Part shown: positions 26,001 through 41,420 of the stretch, in pieces
How positions within the stretch are numbered: position 1 is the first letter of the stretch
How the letters are laid out: every line of letters starts with the position of its first letter
DNA from: Eledone cirrhosa
Lineage: Eukaryota
Assembly (NCBI GenBank): GCA_964016885.1
Contig: OZ024742.1
Coordinates: 2,976,001-3,040,000, forward strand
Length of the DNA: 64,000 bases
Direction of reading: 5' to 3'
Translations under genes and position numbers: made by a program
The notes under the pieces: generated by a model
Database searches by the model: none
Seen by the model: only the letters and a program-made list of their open reading frames with translations
What the model was told of the DNA's origin: nothing

Positions 26001-26826
26001 TTGACGGTGGCAGGGATGCGGCTTGGTCAGGCATGGAAATCTTGAGCTCTCCCGGAGTATAGGCAATGGATATGGGTAGAGGTGAGTGGTGGCAGAGATT
26101 CGGCATGTTGAGCCGTGGCAGTCCTTAGGGACCACGGAGGGCAGGCAATGTAAAGGGCCGGGGAATTAATTGAGGCTGACAAGATGCGCATGGTGATGCA
26201 TCATGATGCAGTAGGTCGACGGCGTGCAGGGAAGGGAGAGGGCAGGGGTTGACGGATGCCTTATTATGCTACGGTAGTGGGACCACGGGAATGAAAAGAG
26301 CGCATGGAGGCTCGATGATCGCTTGAGCAGCCTGGGCACAATACAGGATGATGCGCGGCGGTATAATCTTGATAGTCCTTATATAAGAAATGGAGAATCG
26401 GCATAAAAGGTTTGCTGAATATGGTGAGCGTTAATTTAAAGAGACTTACGGTGGATAATCCTGATAGATTGAACGTTTTTTGCATGGCGGGAGTCGCGAC
26501 AAATGGAAGCAAGAAGAATGGCGTTTTTCAGTTGCCGGACTTTTGCCTCTGGTGGTCCTATTATCGGATTTAATGTATCCCACGTTCATCCCCGGATCAG
26601 AATACACACTTGCGACGAGTTTCATCGAAATCGGACGATTTTTGAAAATATCGATTTTTGGCTTCTGGGGGCCCGATTATCGATTTTTCGAAAATTTCAA
26701 GTACCCTATTCGAATCTACGGGTCAAGCTTTATATGTGTTTCATGAAAATCGGATGAACGGTGTAGCCTGCAAGTTCGGGACACCAAACAAACAACGCCC
26801 AACTTTACTTTATATATAAGATAAGA
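23060..26826 (-). mobile_element. Non-autonomous Helitron (~3.8 kb)
   Basis: Minus strand starts TC(ttatcttatatataaag) and ends with hairpin acccgggcaacgccgggt (23071-23088) followed by CTAG|T (23060-23063). No Rep/helicase recognised. Confidence 0.75.
24830..26260. repeat. GC-rich degenerate ~170-bp tandem repeats inside the Helitron
   Basis: Recurring ggcatggcagtcttgaaggagcacgg and gcatgacgatgcagtgggacgacgg blocks. Confidence 0.75.
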
Positions 26827-26870
26827 TATACTATATATACAGTATATCTATCTATCTATCTATCTATTAA

Positions 26871-27731
26871 TCGAGAAGCCCTAGGCATGGAGGAAAACGA
26901 ACTGGCCAACCTGTTCGGTAGGACATTCAGCCCGGGACCCATGGATAACTTCCAGAGGTCCCTGGCCTGGCAATGCTACAGAAGGGCTCTGCCCGTTCGA
27001 GAAAGGCTCTACAGACACGGGCGCCCCGGTAGGGACCCCTCGAAAAAGATCTGTCCCAGATGCGTGTGCGACGAGGAAACCGTTGCACACGCATTGGTAC
27101 ACTGCTCGGGCATTGCCGATATGTGGGGCTATGTCGAACAACTGCTGTCAAGGGTGGGACCGATCCGGTTGACCACCGAGTCTATTGTAACGATCAAGCC
27201 ACCTCCCCTCTTCAAAAACGAAGAAGAGGCGGTGTTTCTGTGTGTAATAGCCATGGCGAAAGAGGTTGTATGGTGGACGCGTCTGAAAGGACTGAGGTCA
27301 GACACCTTTCTCTCTGGCCAACAACTGGTCCGTTTCTTCCGATATCATTTCGGAAGAAGGATCAGGATGGAGAGAGAGGTGCTGCACCCCAGCCGTTTTT
27401 ATGAAAGATGGGTGAAAGTGGCGAGAATGGCCCGTGTGAATGGGCCTTCACTCTACATCAGACTATAGGTGAGGAAGATGAAAGACCAAGGGGGCACCCC
27501 TTCTCTGTGCTCCTGAGGAAAAGGGTTGCACACTTTTTTTCGGGGGTGTGTGCGACCCCTCAAGGCGCCTCCTCTCTATTGAGGTCTTTGTTATAAATTT
27601 TATTTTTTGTTATATTTTATTTTATTTTTATATATTGTTATTGCCTCCTCCTTATTGGGGACGCCTTGTTTTGTAAACTCCCCCCATTGTACTTGTCCCA
27701 CTTTTGATGCCCTGGTGGCAAATAAAAGAAA
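26871..27731 (+). mobile_element. Tx1 LINE copy 4, 5'-truncated
   Basis: ORF 26887-27468 is the ORF2 C-terminus; preceded and followed by (TATC)n. Confidence 0.9.
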
Positions 27732-27733
27732 CA

Positions 27734-27785
<52 letters not shown>

Positions 27786-27786
27786 C

Positions 27787-28234
27787 AACAACTGGTCCGT
27801 TTCTATCTGGCCAACAACTGGCCAACAACTGGTCCGTTTCTTCCGATATCATTTCGGAAGAAGGATCAGGATGGAGAGAGAGGTGCTGCACCCCAGCCGT
27901 TTCTATGAAAGATGGGTGAAAGTGGCGAGAATGGCCCGTGTGAATGGGCCTTCACTCTACATCAGACTATAGGTGAGGAAGATGAAAGACCAAGGGAGCA
28001 CCCCTTCTCTGTGCTCCTGAGGAGAAGGGTTGCACACTTTTTTCGGGGGTGTGTGCGACCCCCCAAGGCGCCTCCTCTCTATTGAGGATTTTGTTAAAAA
28101 TTTTATTTTTTGTGATATCTTATTTTATTTTTATATTTTGTTATTGCCTCCTCCTTATTGAGGACGCCTTTTTGTGTAAACTCCCCCCTTTGTACTTGTC
28201 CCACTTTTGATGCCCTAGTGGCAAATAAAAGAAA
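27787..28234 (+). mobile_element. Tx1 LINE copy 5, short 5'-truncated sister of copy 4
   Basis: Near-identical to 27319-27731; stuttered 5' junction; (TATC)n on both sides. Confidence 0.9.
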
Positions 28235-28235
28235 C

Positions 28236-28275
<40 letters not shown>

Positions 28276-28317
28276 ATATCTATTTATCTATTAATCTATC
28301 TACCTATCTATCTATCT

Positions 28318-31300
28318 TTTCAGCAACAACATGGCCAATATAAGAGATGGATGTGTGAATGTACGCGGCCTGGGGATGCCCTGGAAACAGGGCAAACTCT
28401 TTAACGACCTCAGGTCGCACAGTATGGATGTACTAGCCATTTGCGAGTCCAGGATCCACAGCGAGCGAGAACTGGCCCCCATCTTCGATGACTTTGAGAT
28501 CTACGCATCTCTCTGCAGCCGGGAGGTCGGGGTGGGTTGCCGTTTTGCTGCGGAAACACCTGGACCTCGTAACACAGACGGTAAATCTGGACCCGGAGGG
28601 TCGACTGGTGGTCCTAGACGTTGACGGTAGTGAAGGTGGAGACTTCAGGCTGGTGTCCGCATATGCCCTATCAGGGACACCGCGGCCAGACATCTTCAAA
28701 CGTCTAGAGACTTTTCTGGGAACGTCCCCTCCTTGCTCTTAGTGGGGGACTGGAATGGAATCCTAGATGCACGTTGGGACTATGTCGGAGCATGTCCCGA
28801 TAGAGGGGGTGTAACAGCCTCATACAGTTAATCGGCCGATTTGACCTGGCCGATAGATATCGACTAGATTTTCCAACTGTGCCACTGTGGACGTGGACTA
28901 ATCTCAGCGGAACATCTAGATCGTACCTAGATAGGGTTCTAGTTAGAAAGAAGGATAGGGACATGTTAAGCTGTCCACAAATGTTCATGGTTACCTATTC
29001 AGATCACAAATTAGTGACCTGCTTAGTCAACCTTGACTAAACCTATAGACAGGGATCCGGCTACTGGAAGCTGAACTTGTTACCGACATGCAAAACCTAC
29101 AGTAGACGGATTAGCACTTTGGTTAAGCAGCACTTGACGGTGGCCATTGTCAACAACAGATGGTGGTACTCTCTCAAGAAGGCAGTTAGATTAGACTCGA
29201 TAGGTTTTGGTAAATAATTAGTGTTAGATAGAAATAAGACCGAAAAGGAACTGGTAGATAAATTAGAAGAGGCACTTAGAAGTGGCAACATAGCCAGCGT
29301 GCTAGCGACGAGAACGGCCTTGGACCAGTTCTTCGACGCAAAGCATGAAGGCTGCGTTGTCAGAAGCAAAATACGTGCTCTTGGAAACGAGGGAGTCAAA
29401 GCTGTTAGCTGGGCCCGAGTGACGGAGGCGAAAAGTTGCAACAAGTTCACGATTCGGTTTTTGAAGGACCAAGACGGGCGCGTGATACGTGAGCCGAAGC
29501 AAATGTGCGCGGCCTTTCAGCGGCACTATGCTCAACTGTTCGGGCAGGGCGGCGTGCCGGGAGAGGCTTTGGATTTCGGTCCATACCTCGCCGGACTGCA
29601 GCGACTCTCGGACAGCAAGGCGAAGTTCTGCGAAAGGCCGATTTTGGCCGCTGAGGTAGGGGACGCGCTAAGCCAATGCGGCAAAGGCAAACTCCAGGTC
29701 TCGACGGTCTACCCTACGAATTTTACGTAGCAATGCCGGACTTGTTCTCCGGCCTCCTGGAAGAGGTCTACTGCAACTGGCAGCAGAACGGTAGAATTCC
29801 CAGTTCTGTGACCAAGGGCGTAATCACGTAGTCACGAAGGATGAGAACAAGGGGGGGGGGTGATATAGGCAACTTCGGCCCATAACTCTGCTCAAAACAG
29901 AGCTACAAATTTTGGCCAAGGTGTTGGCAAAGAGGCTGGCGCTTGTCGTTAAAAACCTGGTGGGAGAAGCGCAGACATGCGCAATCCCGACAAGGTCCAT
30001 ACACGACAACCTCCACCTCATGCGATAACATCATAGAGAGGGTAGGGTGTAAACCCGGCTACGGTGGGGCCCTGATCAACTTGGATCAGTCTAAGGCTTT
30101 GATAGGGTTGACCATTGTTACCTGGATGCGGTGCTCGAGGCCGCAGGCTTCGGAACTGTGTTCAGGGGCTGGCTTTCTGCAATGCCCAGCAGCTACGTCT
30201 GCTCAAGGGTCATGGTGAACGGCTACCTCTCGGAGCCATTCCATATCACGCGATCCATCCGAGAGGGATGCCCTCTCTCCTCCCTTCTGTACGAACTGAC
30301 TCTCGAGCCACTACTGCGGAAGTTTGAGCTATTGCAGGGCATCCCTTTGGAACCGGGACTGCGAAAAGCGGCGTCGGCCTACGCCGACGACGTAATAGTA
30401 GTGGTATCGAGCACCTCGAAAATCGGGGAGATCGGCACCTTATTGGAGGAATACGATAGATTCACCGGAGCGAAGCTGAACCGGGACAAATCCATCGGTT
30501 TGAAACTCGGAACGTGGAGAGGCAAACCGATGCCTTCCGATGGCTTCGTCGGACGCTGGACGGAAGGACTGGTAAAGCTGCTCGAGGTCTGGTTTGGTCC
30601 GGACCTCCAGTTGTAGAAGAACTGGAACGAAGTGACGGCCAAGTTCTTTGCGCTCACCCAGAAGTGGGACGAGTGCAACCTATCCTTGAAAGGTCGAGCG
30701 GAGGTGGCGAACATTTTTTATAGCATCCCTCATCTACTACCGCTTGACCGTCGTACCTTGTACAGCCAAAAGGTTCACCAAAATGGAGCGCGCGCACTTC
30801 CAATTCCTTTGGAAGAAACGGGCTCATTTGGTGAGAAGATCCATCTGCTGCCAACACCCTTCAAACTGAGGGCTGGGGATGCCGTGGCTGACGATGCGCA
30901 AACACGCGCTCAGGCTGCGGCACCTCCACGTATTCCTCACCAGACAACCGGTGTGGGCCCCGTTCGTGGGGCGAGCCTTCCCACGACTCGTTTCGCTGAC
31001 CGAGCTGCAGTCCTGGGTCCAGCAAAGACCGAGGAAAATGGGCGACTGGCATATCGAATGTGCTCAGGCGCTCACAGTCCTCTGGCAAACGGACCCGGCG
31101 ATCAGTGGAGACTCCACTTCGACATTCTATAGAGGGTTGGTCCGCAGAAAGTGCGACGACACGCTCGGAGAAACTCTAGGCGTAGAGGAGGACGAACTGG
31201 CCAGTCTGTTCGGTAGGACCTTCCGCCCGGGACCAATGGACAACTTCCAAAAGTCCCTGGCCTGGCAGTGCTACCGAGGAACTCTACCAGTTCGAGACAA

Positions 31301-31984
31301 GCTCTACATACACGGGCGCCCGGGTAGGGACCCTTCGAAAAAGATCTGTCCGAGATGCATGCGCGACGAGGAAACCGTTGCGCACGCATTTGTACACTGC
31401 ACGGGCGTTACCGACCTGTGGGGTTATGTAGAACGACTATTGTCGCGGGTGGGACCAATCCAGTTGACCACCGAGTCCATTGTCATGATCAAACGACCAC
31501 CCTCCTTTAAAAACGAGGGAGAGGCGGTTTTCCTATGTGTTATGGATATGGTGAAAGAGGTTATATTGTGGACGAGGTTAAAAGGGCTGAGGTCAGACAC
31601 CTTTCTCTCCGGCGAGCAACTGATTCGTTTTTTCAAATATCATTTTGGAAGAAGAATCAGGATGGAGAGAGAGGTGCTGTATCCCAGCAAATTTTATAAA
31701 AGGTGGGTGAATATGGCAAAGATGGCCCGAGTGGTTGGGCCTTCTCTCTATATAAGCCTGTAGGTTGAGGAAAAAGAGAAAGAGAGGAAGGGAGTACTCC
31801 TGGAGATGAGGGTTGTACATTTTTTCGGGGTGTGTACAATTCCTGTGTAACGTCTCCCCCTCCCTATTGGGGATTTCAATTGTTATTTGTTATTTTATTA
31901 ACAGTTTTATTTTCATATACCTGTATGTAAACTCCCCATTTGCATTTGTCCCCTTCTTTTGTGCCCTTGTGGCTAATAATGTAA
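28318..31984 (+). mobile_element. Tx1 LINE copy 6, ORF2-only (lacks ORF1), decayed
   Basis: ATG at 28331 (MANIRDGCVNVRGL), then ICES, YSDH, REGCPLS, YADD, CPRC; stop at 31763; 3' UTR ends aataat then degenerate TATC. Confidence 0.9.
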
Positions 31985-32022
31985 TTTATTTATCTCTCTC
32001 TCTCTATATATCTATCTATCTA

Positions 32023-32073
<51 letters not shown>

Positions 32074-32104
32074 AGTGTAAGTTTCTACACAAAACGAAGG
32101 TTAT

Positions 32105-33190
<1,086 letters not shown>

Positions 33191-33347
33191 CTACAATATA
33201 ACACAGCTGCTACCTGTTTGTGATATATTTGTTAACTCCAACGTCGACCGGATACACGAGATATGATCAATGATAGTTCAGCAGTAAACACACACATATA
33301 TGTATGTATATCTATCTATCCATCTATCTATATATATCTCTACCTAT

Positions 33348-33528
33348 CTTCTTCTTCTTCTTCTTCTTCTTCTTCTTCTTCTTCTTCTTCTTCTTCTTCT
33401 TCTTCTTCTTCTTCTTCTTCTTCTTCTTCTTCTTCTTCTTCTTCTTCTTCTTCTTCTTCTTCTTCTTCTTCTTCTTCTTCTTCTTCTTCTTCTTCTTCTT
33501 CTTCTTCTTCTTCTTCTTCTTCTTCTTC
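33348..33528 (+). repeat. (TTC)n microsatellite, ~60 units
   Basis: Directly visible. Confidence 0.98.
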
Positions 33529-33729
33529 ACCCCCACTACTACTACTACCACTATAGTCGACGTCAACGAAATGATTCGTCCCTGCTACTTCCACTATTGA
33601 TAGTGACACAACTATGGTCAACACCAACAGAGAAATGTGAACTTTTCTCTATATATATATATGTATGTAAACCATGCTATTTCCCACCCCCATATTCTTA
33701 TTAATATACAATTCAATTTCATTATACAC

Positions 33730-33781
33730 TTCCGTCGCCTGAAGAAGCCTATAAGATGAAACCGGTACGAATAATACGGAA
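33730..33781 (+). ncRNA. Hammerhead ribozyme motif (partly degenerate)
   Basis: ttccgtcg-c CTGAAGA agcctataagat GAAA ccgg TA cga..acggaa. Confidence 0.55.
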
Positions 33782-33852
33782 ATTCCTATTTTGTAAATAA
33801 ATGTTTTGCTGTTATTCTGAGCATTTTTTACTTTCTTTTTCTTTTTTACTAT

Positions 33853-34059
<207 letters not shown>

Positions 34060-34176
34060 GTGAGAAAAATATATAAGAGATGTGAGAATAATATATAAGA
34101 GATGTGAGAAAATATATGAGATGTGAAAAATATATAAGAGATGTGAGAAAACCATAGACCCTCCATCTCAACTCTA

Positions 34177-34213
34177 CTTTTTAAAAGCAGAAGAACTGCC
34201 AAACCGGTAAAGG
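34177..34213 (+). ncRNA. Fossil hammerhead motif
   Basis: ctt tttaaaa gcag-aagaa-ctgc caaa ccgg TA aag: stems retained, core mutated. Confidence 0.35.
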
Positions 34214-34390
34214 AACCAAATAAATATATATATTTTTTTTAAAATAAGACTCCGGTTGCATTTTCGATTTCATCTTTTTTTCTTTATACTTTCACTCGTG
34301 TAGGACACCTCGGTTATTTTTCATTTTGTAAAAAAAACCTCACTTTCTAATATATATAATATATATATATATATATTCATGTATATATAT

Positions 34391-34781
34391 ATTTCAATAC
34401 ATATCTGTATACAGCGATGCCTGAAGCTAAATCCTAATTCTATTCTATTATAAGTTGAGTCAACTTATGCAGCCTCATATGCAAATGTGATTAATCACCT
34501 TATTTACACAGACGAGAAAACTATATATTATCTCCTGTATTCAAGTCCAGCAGTCGCAAGAGTGCGAGGGATCGTCCTGATGAGGACCTGTTAAGTTCGA
34601 AATGCATTGATGATTGTCCCCCTTGCTTCTGCTGGACACCACCAGAGGGCGCTAGCCCCGGAGCTTTGCATAGCTACGGCTTTCTAAATGTTTATCCATA
34701 AACATACCGTGTTTCTTTAGAAATACGAAATTTCAATACATATCTGTATACACCTATGCATGAAATTAAATCCTAATTCTA
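34391..34781 (+). mobile_element. 339-bp HHR-containing module with 52-bp terminal direct repeat (retrozyme/solo-pLTR-like)
   Basis: atttcaatacatatctgtataca...aaatcctaattcta at 34391 and 34730. Octamer 34479-34486, HHR 34564-34626, CTCF-like motif 34639-34652. A diverged inverted copy lies at 36235-36560. Confidence 0.65.
34564..34626 (+). ncRNA. Type I hammerhead ribozyme, core intact
   Basis: gcgaggg-atcgtc CTGATGA(34577-83) ggac-ctgttaa-gttc GAAA tgca TT gatgat..cccttgc. Confidence 0.75.
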
Positions 34782-34804
34782 TATGTACACACACACACAC
34801 ACAG

Positions 34805-34916
<112 letters not shown>

Positions 34917-35129
34917 TTTGTTTTTATCCTTCTATGTTGTTCACTTGTCCCCCTCGCTTTACGCGATTACTGGTCCCAATAACTTTTTTTAGTTATTGCT
35001 CGCACCAACCTGAGGTATCTAATTTTTAATGCGATGAAATACCAATGATGGTTGGCAAATCACTGACGAAGGACTATTTTTATCATATGTAACCCATGTG
35101 CAAACCACGCAGTATTCTTCTTTCTTCTC

Positions 35130-35167
<38 letters not shown>

Positions 35168-35168
<1 letters not shown>

Positions 35169-36168
35169 TAGCAGCAGTACCCAGCGTTGTCTGGGTAGGT
35201 AAAATAATATCTGCTTTGATGAAAAGATGTTGACCTTAGCGACTGCTTCTCGATGACTCATCTATGGCCACATACAGGCCATGCGGATGAGGGTGGTGAT
35301 GACCTCTATCACTGAGAAACGCGGGTGACTGTCGAAAGGGCATGCTGGGGGAGGGAGGTAATGATCTCTAACAATAAGCCAAATTTCCTCACGCTACTTG
35401 GTTGGAAACCGATGAATTCTCAAATACACAACTAAGAGCTCAGACGATGTTAGTGGCCATCGTTTTGCATTGACCATCTATAAGATATGCAATGATAGGT
35501 TCTATCGTAGTATAAAAGTTGAACCAAATAAATTGATTTATGTGTGAGGTGGAGCCGAAGTTTCGGATTTGAACGAAATCGGTTGAAAAATGTGGGAGCT
35601 AGATCCGAAAAGGCGTAAATTTGAGCGAAAAAGTGGTATTTTCGAATATTTAAACGACTGCCACGCCGTTCCTGAACAAAAAAATCCCAAATGTAAAACC
35701 ATCTTAAGACGTGAAATAAGCAGATCTAGCGTAGTGTAAAATCTGAACAAAGTAGGTTGATTAATGTGGGAGCTAGAGCCGAAAAAGTGGAAATTGTAGT
35801 CTTAAAGTGGTATTTTTGAATATTTAAGGGTCTGCCACGCCGTCCCTGAACAACAAATGAAAAATATAGAGCCTTTATAGGATGTGCAATGAGAAATTTT
35901 ATTTTGCTTTAAAGTTTGAACGAAATCCATGGCAAAATGTGGGAGCGAGAGCCAAAAATCTTATTTTTCGATACCTAAAAAAGGGTGACCCCTATCGATT
36001 TTTATCTGCAGAATGACTCCGGAATAAAAAAGAAATATACGGTGATATATAGAAAACACTCACCGATGACTAATCTATGAGCCTGTAAAGTTTCATGAAA
36101 ATCTATCGTAAGATGTAGGCCCCTATAGGTAATACACAGACACATAGTTAATTTTATATATATACAGA
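35168..36168 (-). mobile_element. Non-autonomous Helitron (~1 kb)
   Basis: CTAG at 35168 and hairpin tacccag..ctgggta (35178-35197); 5' TC(tgtatatatataaaa) with the aagtttcatgaaaatc motif as in the first Helitron; three ~175-bp internal repeats. Confidence 0.7.
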
Positions 36169-36234
36169 TATATATATATATAAATATATATACATATACA
36201 CTCATATATATATATATATATATAAAAGAAATAG

Positions 36235-36560
36235 CATTTCGCTTCAACCATAGCTTTATACAATATATACAAATATTTCGTATCTCCAAAGAAATATAGT
36301 TTTAGGAAGCCGTAGCTATGCAAACACCGGGGGGATAACGCCCTCTGGTGATGTTTAGCAGATGCAAGGGGGACAACCGTCTATGCATTTCAGGCTTAAC
36401 TGGCCTTCGTGGGGGTGGTCCCTCCCACCGCTTGCGACTGCTGGACTAGAAGACAGCTGATAATATATACTTTTCTCGTCTGTGTAAATGAGGTGATTAA
36501 TCTCATTTGCATATGAAGCTGCATAAGTTGGCTCAACTTATAATAGAAAAGAAATCCTAT
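36235..36560 (-). mobile_element. Diverged second copy of the 339-bp HHR module
   Basis: Reverse complement aligns to 34440-34770; octamer 36505-36512; CTCF-like motif 36339-36350; HHR core mutated (ccacgaag..gaaa tgca ta, 36364-36423). Confidence 0.65.
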
Positions 36561-36689
36561 TTCTAAATCCATACGTACATATATATATATGCGTGCATGT
36601 ATGTATATATATACATACTACTGTACGTCTGTATACATATATGTATGTACGTATACATACTTATATATATATATATTTATATATATATA

Positions 36690-36853
<164 letters not shown>

Positions 36854-36861
36854 TATATACA

Positions 36862-37690
<829 letters not shown>

Positions 37691-37799
37691 ATAATATTGC
37701 CAGAAATGTATAATAAAACACATTCATCGTTTGGTTTGGGTTTTTTTCGCTTCCACATAATTTATATCTCTATAGTTAATTTAGTTGGCAACTAATGAT

Positions 37800-38290
37800 A
37801 AACAGTTGCTTCTTCAAGATCCCACATCTCAGCGAGGAAACCACCAACGCCATACGCAAACCCATCAGAAGAGAGGGCCTCAATATCAAACTAGTTAACT
37901 CTGGTTCTTCCCTGCAAAGATGCTTCTTCACAAGGCAAACCCCCAACTAGGATAACGGACGCACCCTAGCCACTTGCACTATCCGCAACACTAATTGTTG
38001 CCTACGTACCTACATGGTACGTATATCGGCTAGAATCTAACAAGTGCAATTTATTTTACATAGGCAGCACCTTTACATCTCCGTATTAAAGAGCATGTTA
38101 ACACAAAGTACTCTTCATTCCGCAAACACAAAATCAAATGTGAAAACCGTGACAACTTTACCACCACAGTCTTAGCTTCCGAACGCAGTATAGGAAGGCT
38201 GAGAATTAAGGATGCCCTCTTGATCAAGAAATACTTAAAACTTAGGATCAATAATCGAATGGAAAGACGTCACCCAAATGGCTAATTTAA
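37800..38290 (+). pseudogene. Penelope-like GIY-YIG endonuclease fragment
   Basis: FKIPHLSEETTNAIRK..., FYIGST, LHLRIKEH, LRIKDALLIK..INNR (frameshifted). Confidence 0.7.
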
Positions 38291-38399
38291 AAGACTGTAT
38301 TCCAATATACCAGTTGCCTGTTCATTCATTCTTTCAAATTAAATCTATGTCCTCAATAAGCATAAACACTAAGTCTCTCATATTCACATACATATATCA

Positions 38400-41370
38400 C
38401 TCACATATTTTTCCCTTTTTATTATATACATATTCGCACACGTCTTTCACTACATAAACTTACATTCACACACATACATCCCACTAACCACAATAACATT
38501 CACACACATACATATATCCCATTAAGCACAGTTACATTCACACACACACATACATACAGCTCACTAACCACACTTTCATTTACACACACACACACACATA
38601 CATCCCACTAAGCACACTTACATTCACACACACACATACATACATCACACTAACCACACTTACATTGACGCACACACATACATACATCCCACTAAGCACA
38701 CTTACATTCACACACACACATACATACATCCCACTAACCACACTTACATTGACGCACACACATACATACATCCCACTAACCACACTTACATTCACACACA
38801 CACATACATACATCCCACTGAGCCCACTTACATTCACACACACATACATACATACATCCCACTAACCACACTTACATTCACACACACAAACATACATCAC
38901 ACTAACCACACTTACATTCACACACACACATACATCCCACTAAGCACACTTACATTCACACACACACACATACATACATCCCACTAAGCACACTTACATT
39001 CACACACACACATACATACATCCCACTAAGCACACTTACATTCACACACACACACATACATACATCCCACTAAGCACACTTACATTCACACACACACATA
39101 CATACATCCCACTAAGCACACTTACATTCACACACACACACATACATACATCCCACTAAGCACACTTACATTCACACACACACACATACATACATCCCAC
39201 TAAGCACAGATACATTCACACACACACATCCATACATCCCACTAAGCACAGATACATTCACACACACACATACATACATCCCACTAAGCACAGATACATT
39301 CACACACACACATACATACATCCCACTAAGCACACTTACATTCACACACACACACATACATACATCCCACTAAGCACACTTACATTCACACACACACACA
39401 TACATACATCCCGCTAAGCACACTTATATTCACACACACGCATACATACATCCCACTAACCACACTTACATTCGCGCACACACACATACATACATCCCAC
39501 TAAGCACAGATACATTCACACACACACATACATACATCCCACTAAGCAAACTTACATTCACACACACACATACATCCCACTAAGCACACTTACATTCACA
39601 CACACACATACATACATCCCACTAACCACACTTACATTCACACACACACATACATACATCCCACTAAGCACAGATACATTCACACACACACATACATACA
39701 TCCCACTAAGCACACTTACATTCACACACACACATACATCCCACTAAGCACACTTACATTCACACACACACATACATACATCCCACTAAGCACACTTACA
39801 TTCACACACACACACATACATACATCCCACTAAGCACACTTACATTCACACACACACACATACATACATCCCACTAAGCACACTTATATTCACACACACG
39901 CATACATACATCCCACTAACCACACTTACATTCGCGCACACACACATACATACATCCCACTAAGCACAGATACATTCACACACACACATACATACATCCC
40001 ACTAAGCACACTTACATTCACACACACACATACATACATCCCACTAAGCACACTTACATTCACACACACACATACATACATCCCACTAACCACACTTACA
40101 TTCACACACACACATACATACATCCCACTAAGCACACTTAAATTCACGCACACACATACATCCCACTAAGCACACTTACATTCACACACACACACATACG
40201 TACATCCCACTAAGCACACTTACATTCACGCACACACATACATACATCCCACTACGCACACTTACATTCACACACACACATACATACATCCCACTAAGCA
40301 CACTTACATTCACACACACACACATACATACATCCCACTAAGCACACTTACATTCACACACACACACATACATACATCCCACTAAGCACACTTACATTCA
40401 CACACACACATACATACATCCCACTAAGCACACTTATATTCACACACACACACAAACATACATCCCACTAACCACACTTACATTCACACACACACATACA
40501 TACATCCCACTAAGCACACTTACATTCACACACACACATACATACATCCCACTAAGCACACTTACATTCACACACACACACATACATACATCCCACTAAG
40601 CACACTTACATTCACACACACACATACATACATCCCACTAAGCACACTTACATTCACACACACACACATACATACATCCCACTAAGCACACTTACATTCA
40701 CACACACACACATACATACATCCCACTAAGCACACTTACATTCACACACACACATACATACATCCCACTAAGCACACTTATATTCACACACACACACAAA
40801 CATACATCCCACTAACCACACTTACATTCACACACACACATACATACATCCCACTAAGCACACTTACATTCACACACACACATACATACATCCCACTAAG
40901 CACACTTACATTCACACGCACACATACATCCCACTAAGCACACTTACATTCACACACACACATACATACATCCCACTAAGCACACTTACATTCACACACA
41001 CACATACATACATCCCACTAACCACACTTACATTCACACACACACATACATACATCACACTAAGCACACTTACATTCACACACACACATACATACATCCC
41101 ACTAACCACACTTACATTCACACACACACATACATACATCACACTAAGCACACTTACATTCACACACACACACATACATACATCCCACTAACCACACTTA
41201 CATTCACACACACACACAAACATACATCCTACTAAGCACACTTACATTCACGCACACACATACATACATCCCACTAACCACACTTACATTCACACACACA
41301 CATACATACATCCCACTAAGCACACTTACATTCACACACACACATACATACATCCCACTAAGCACACTTA

Positions 41371-41420
<50 letters not shown>

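Noticed and set aside
25354-26106. 250-aa Pro/Cys/His-rich ORF
   Set aside because: By-product of GC-rich tandem repeats with few stop codons.
35255-35315. Hairpins within Helitron 2 as a ribozyme
   Set aside because: Stems exist (ctcatc/gatgag, atggcc/ggccat) but no catalytic core in the correct arrangement.
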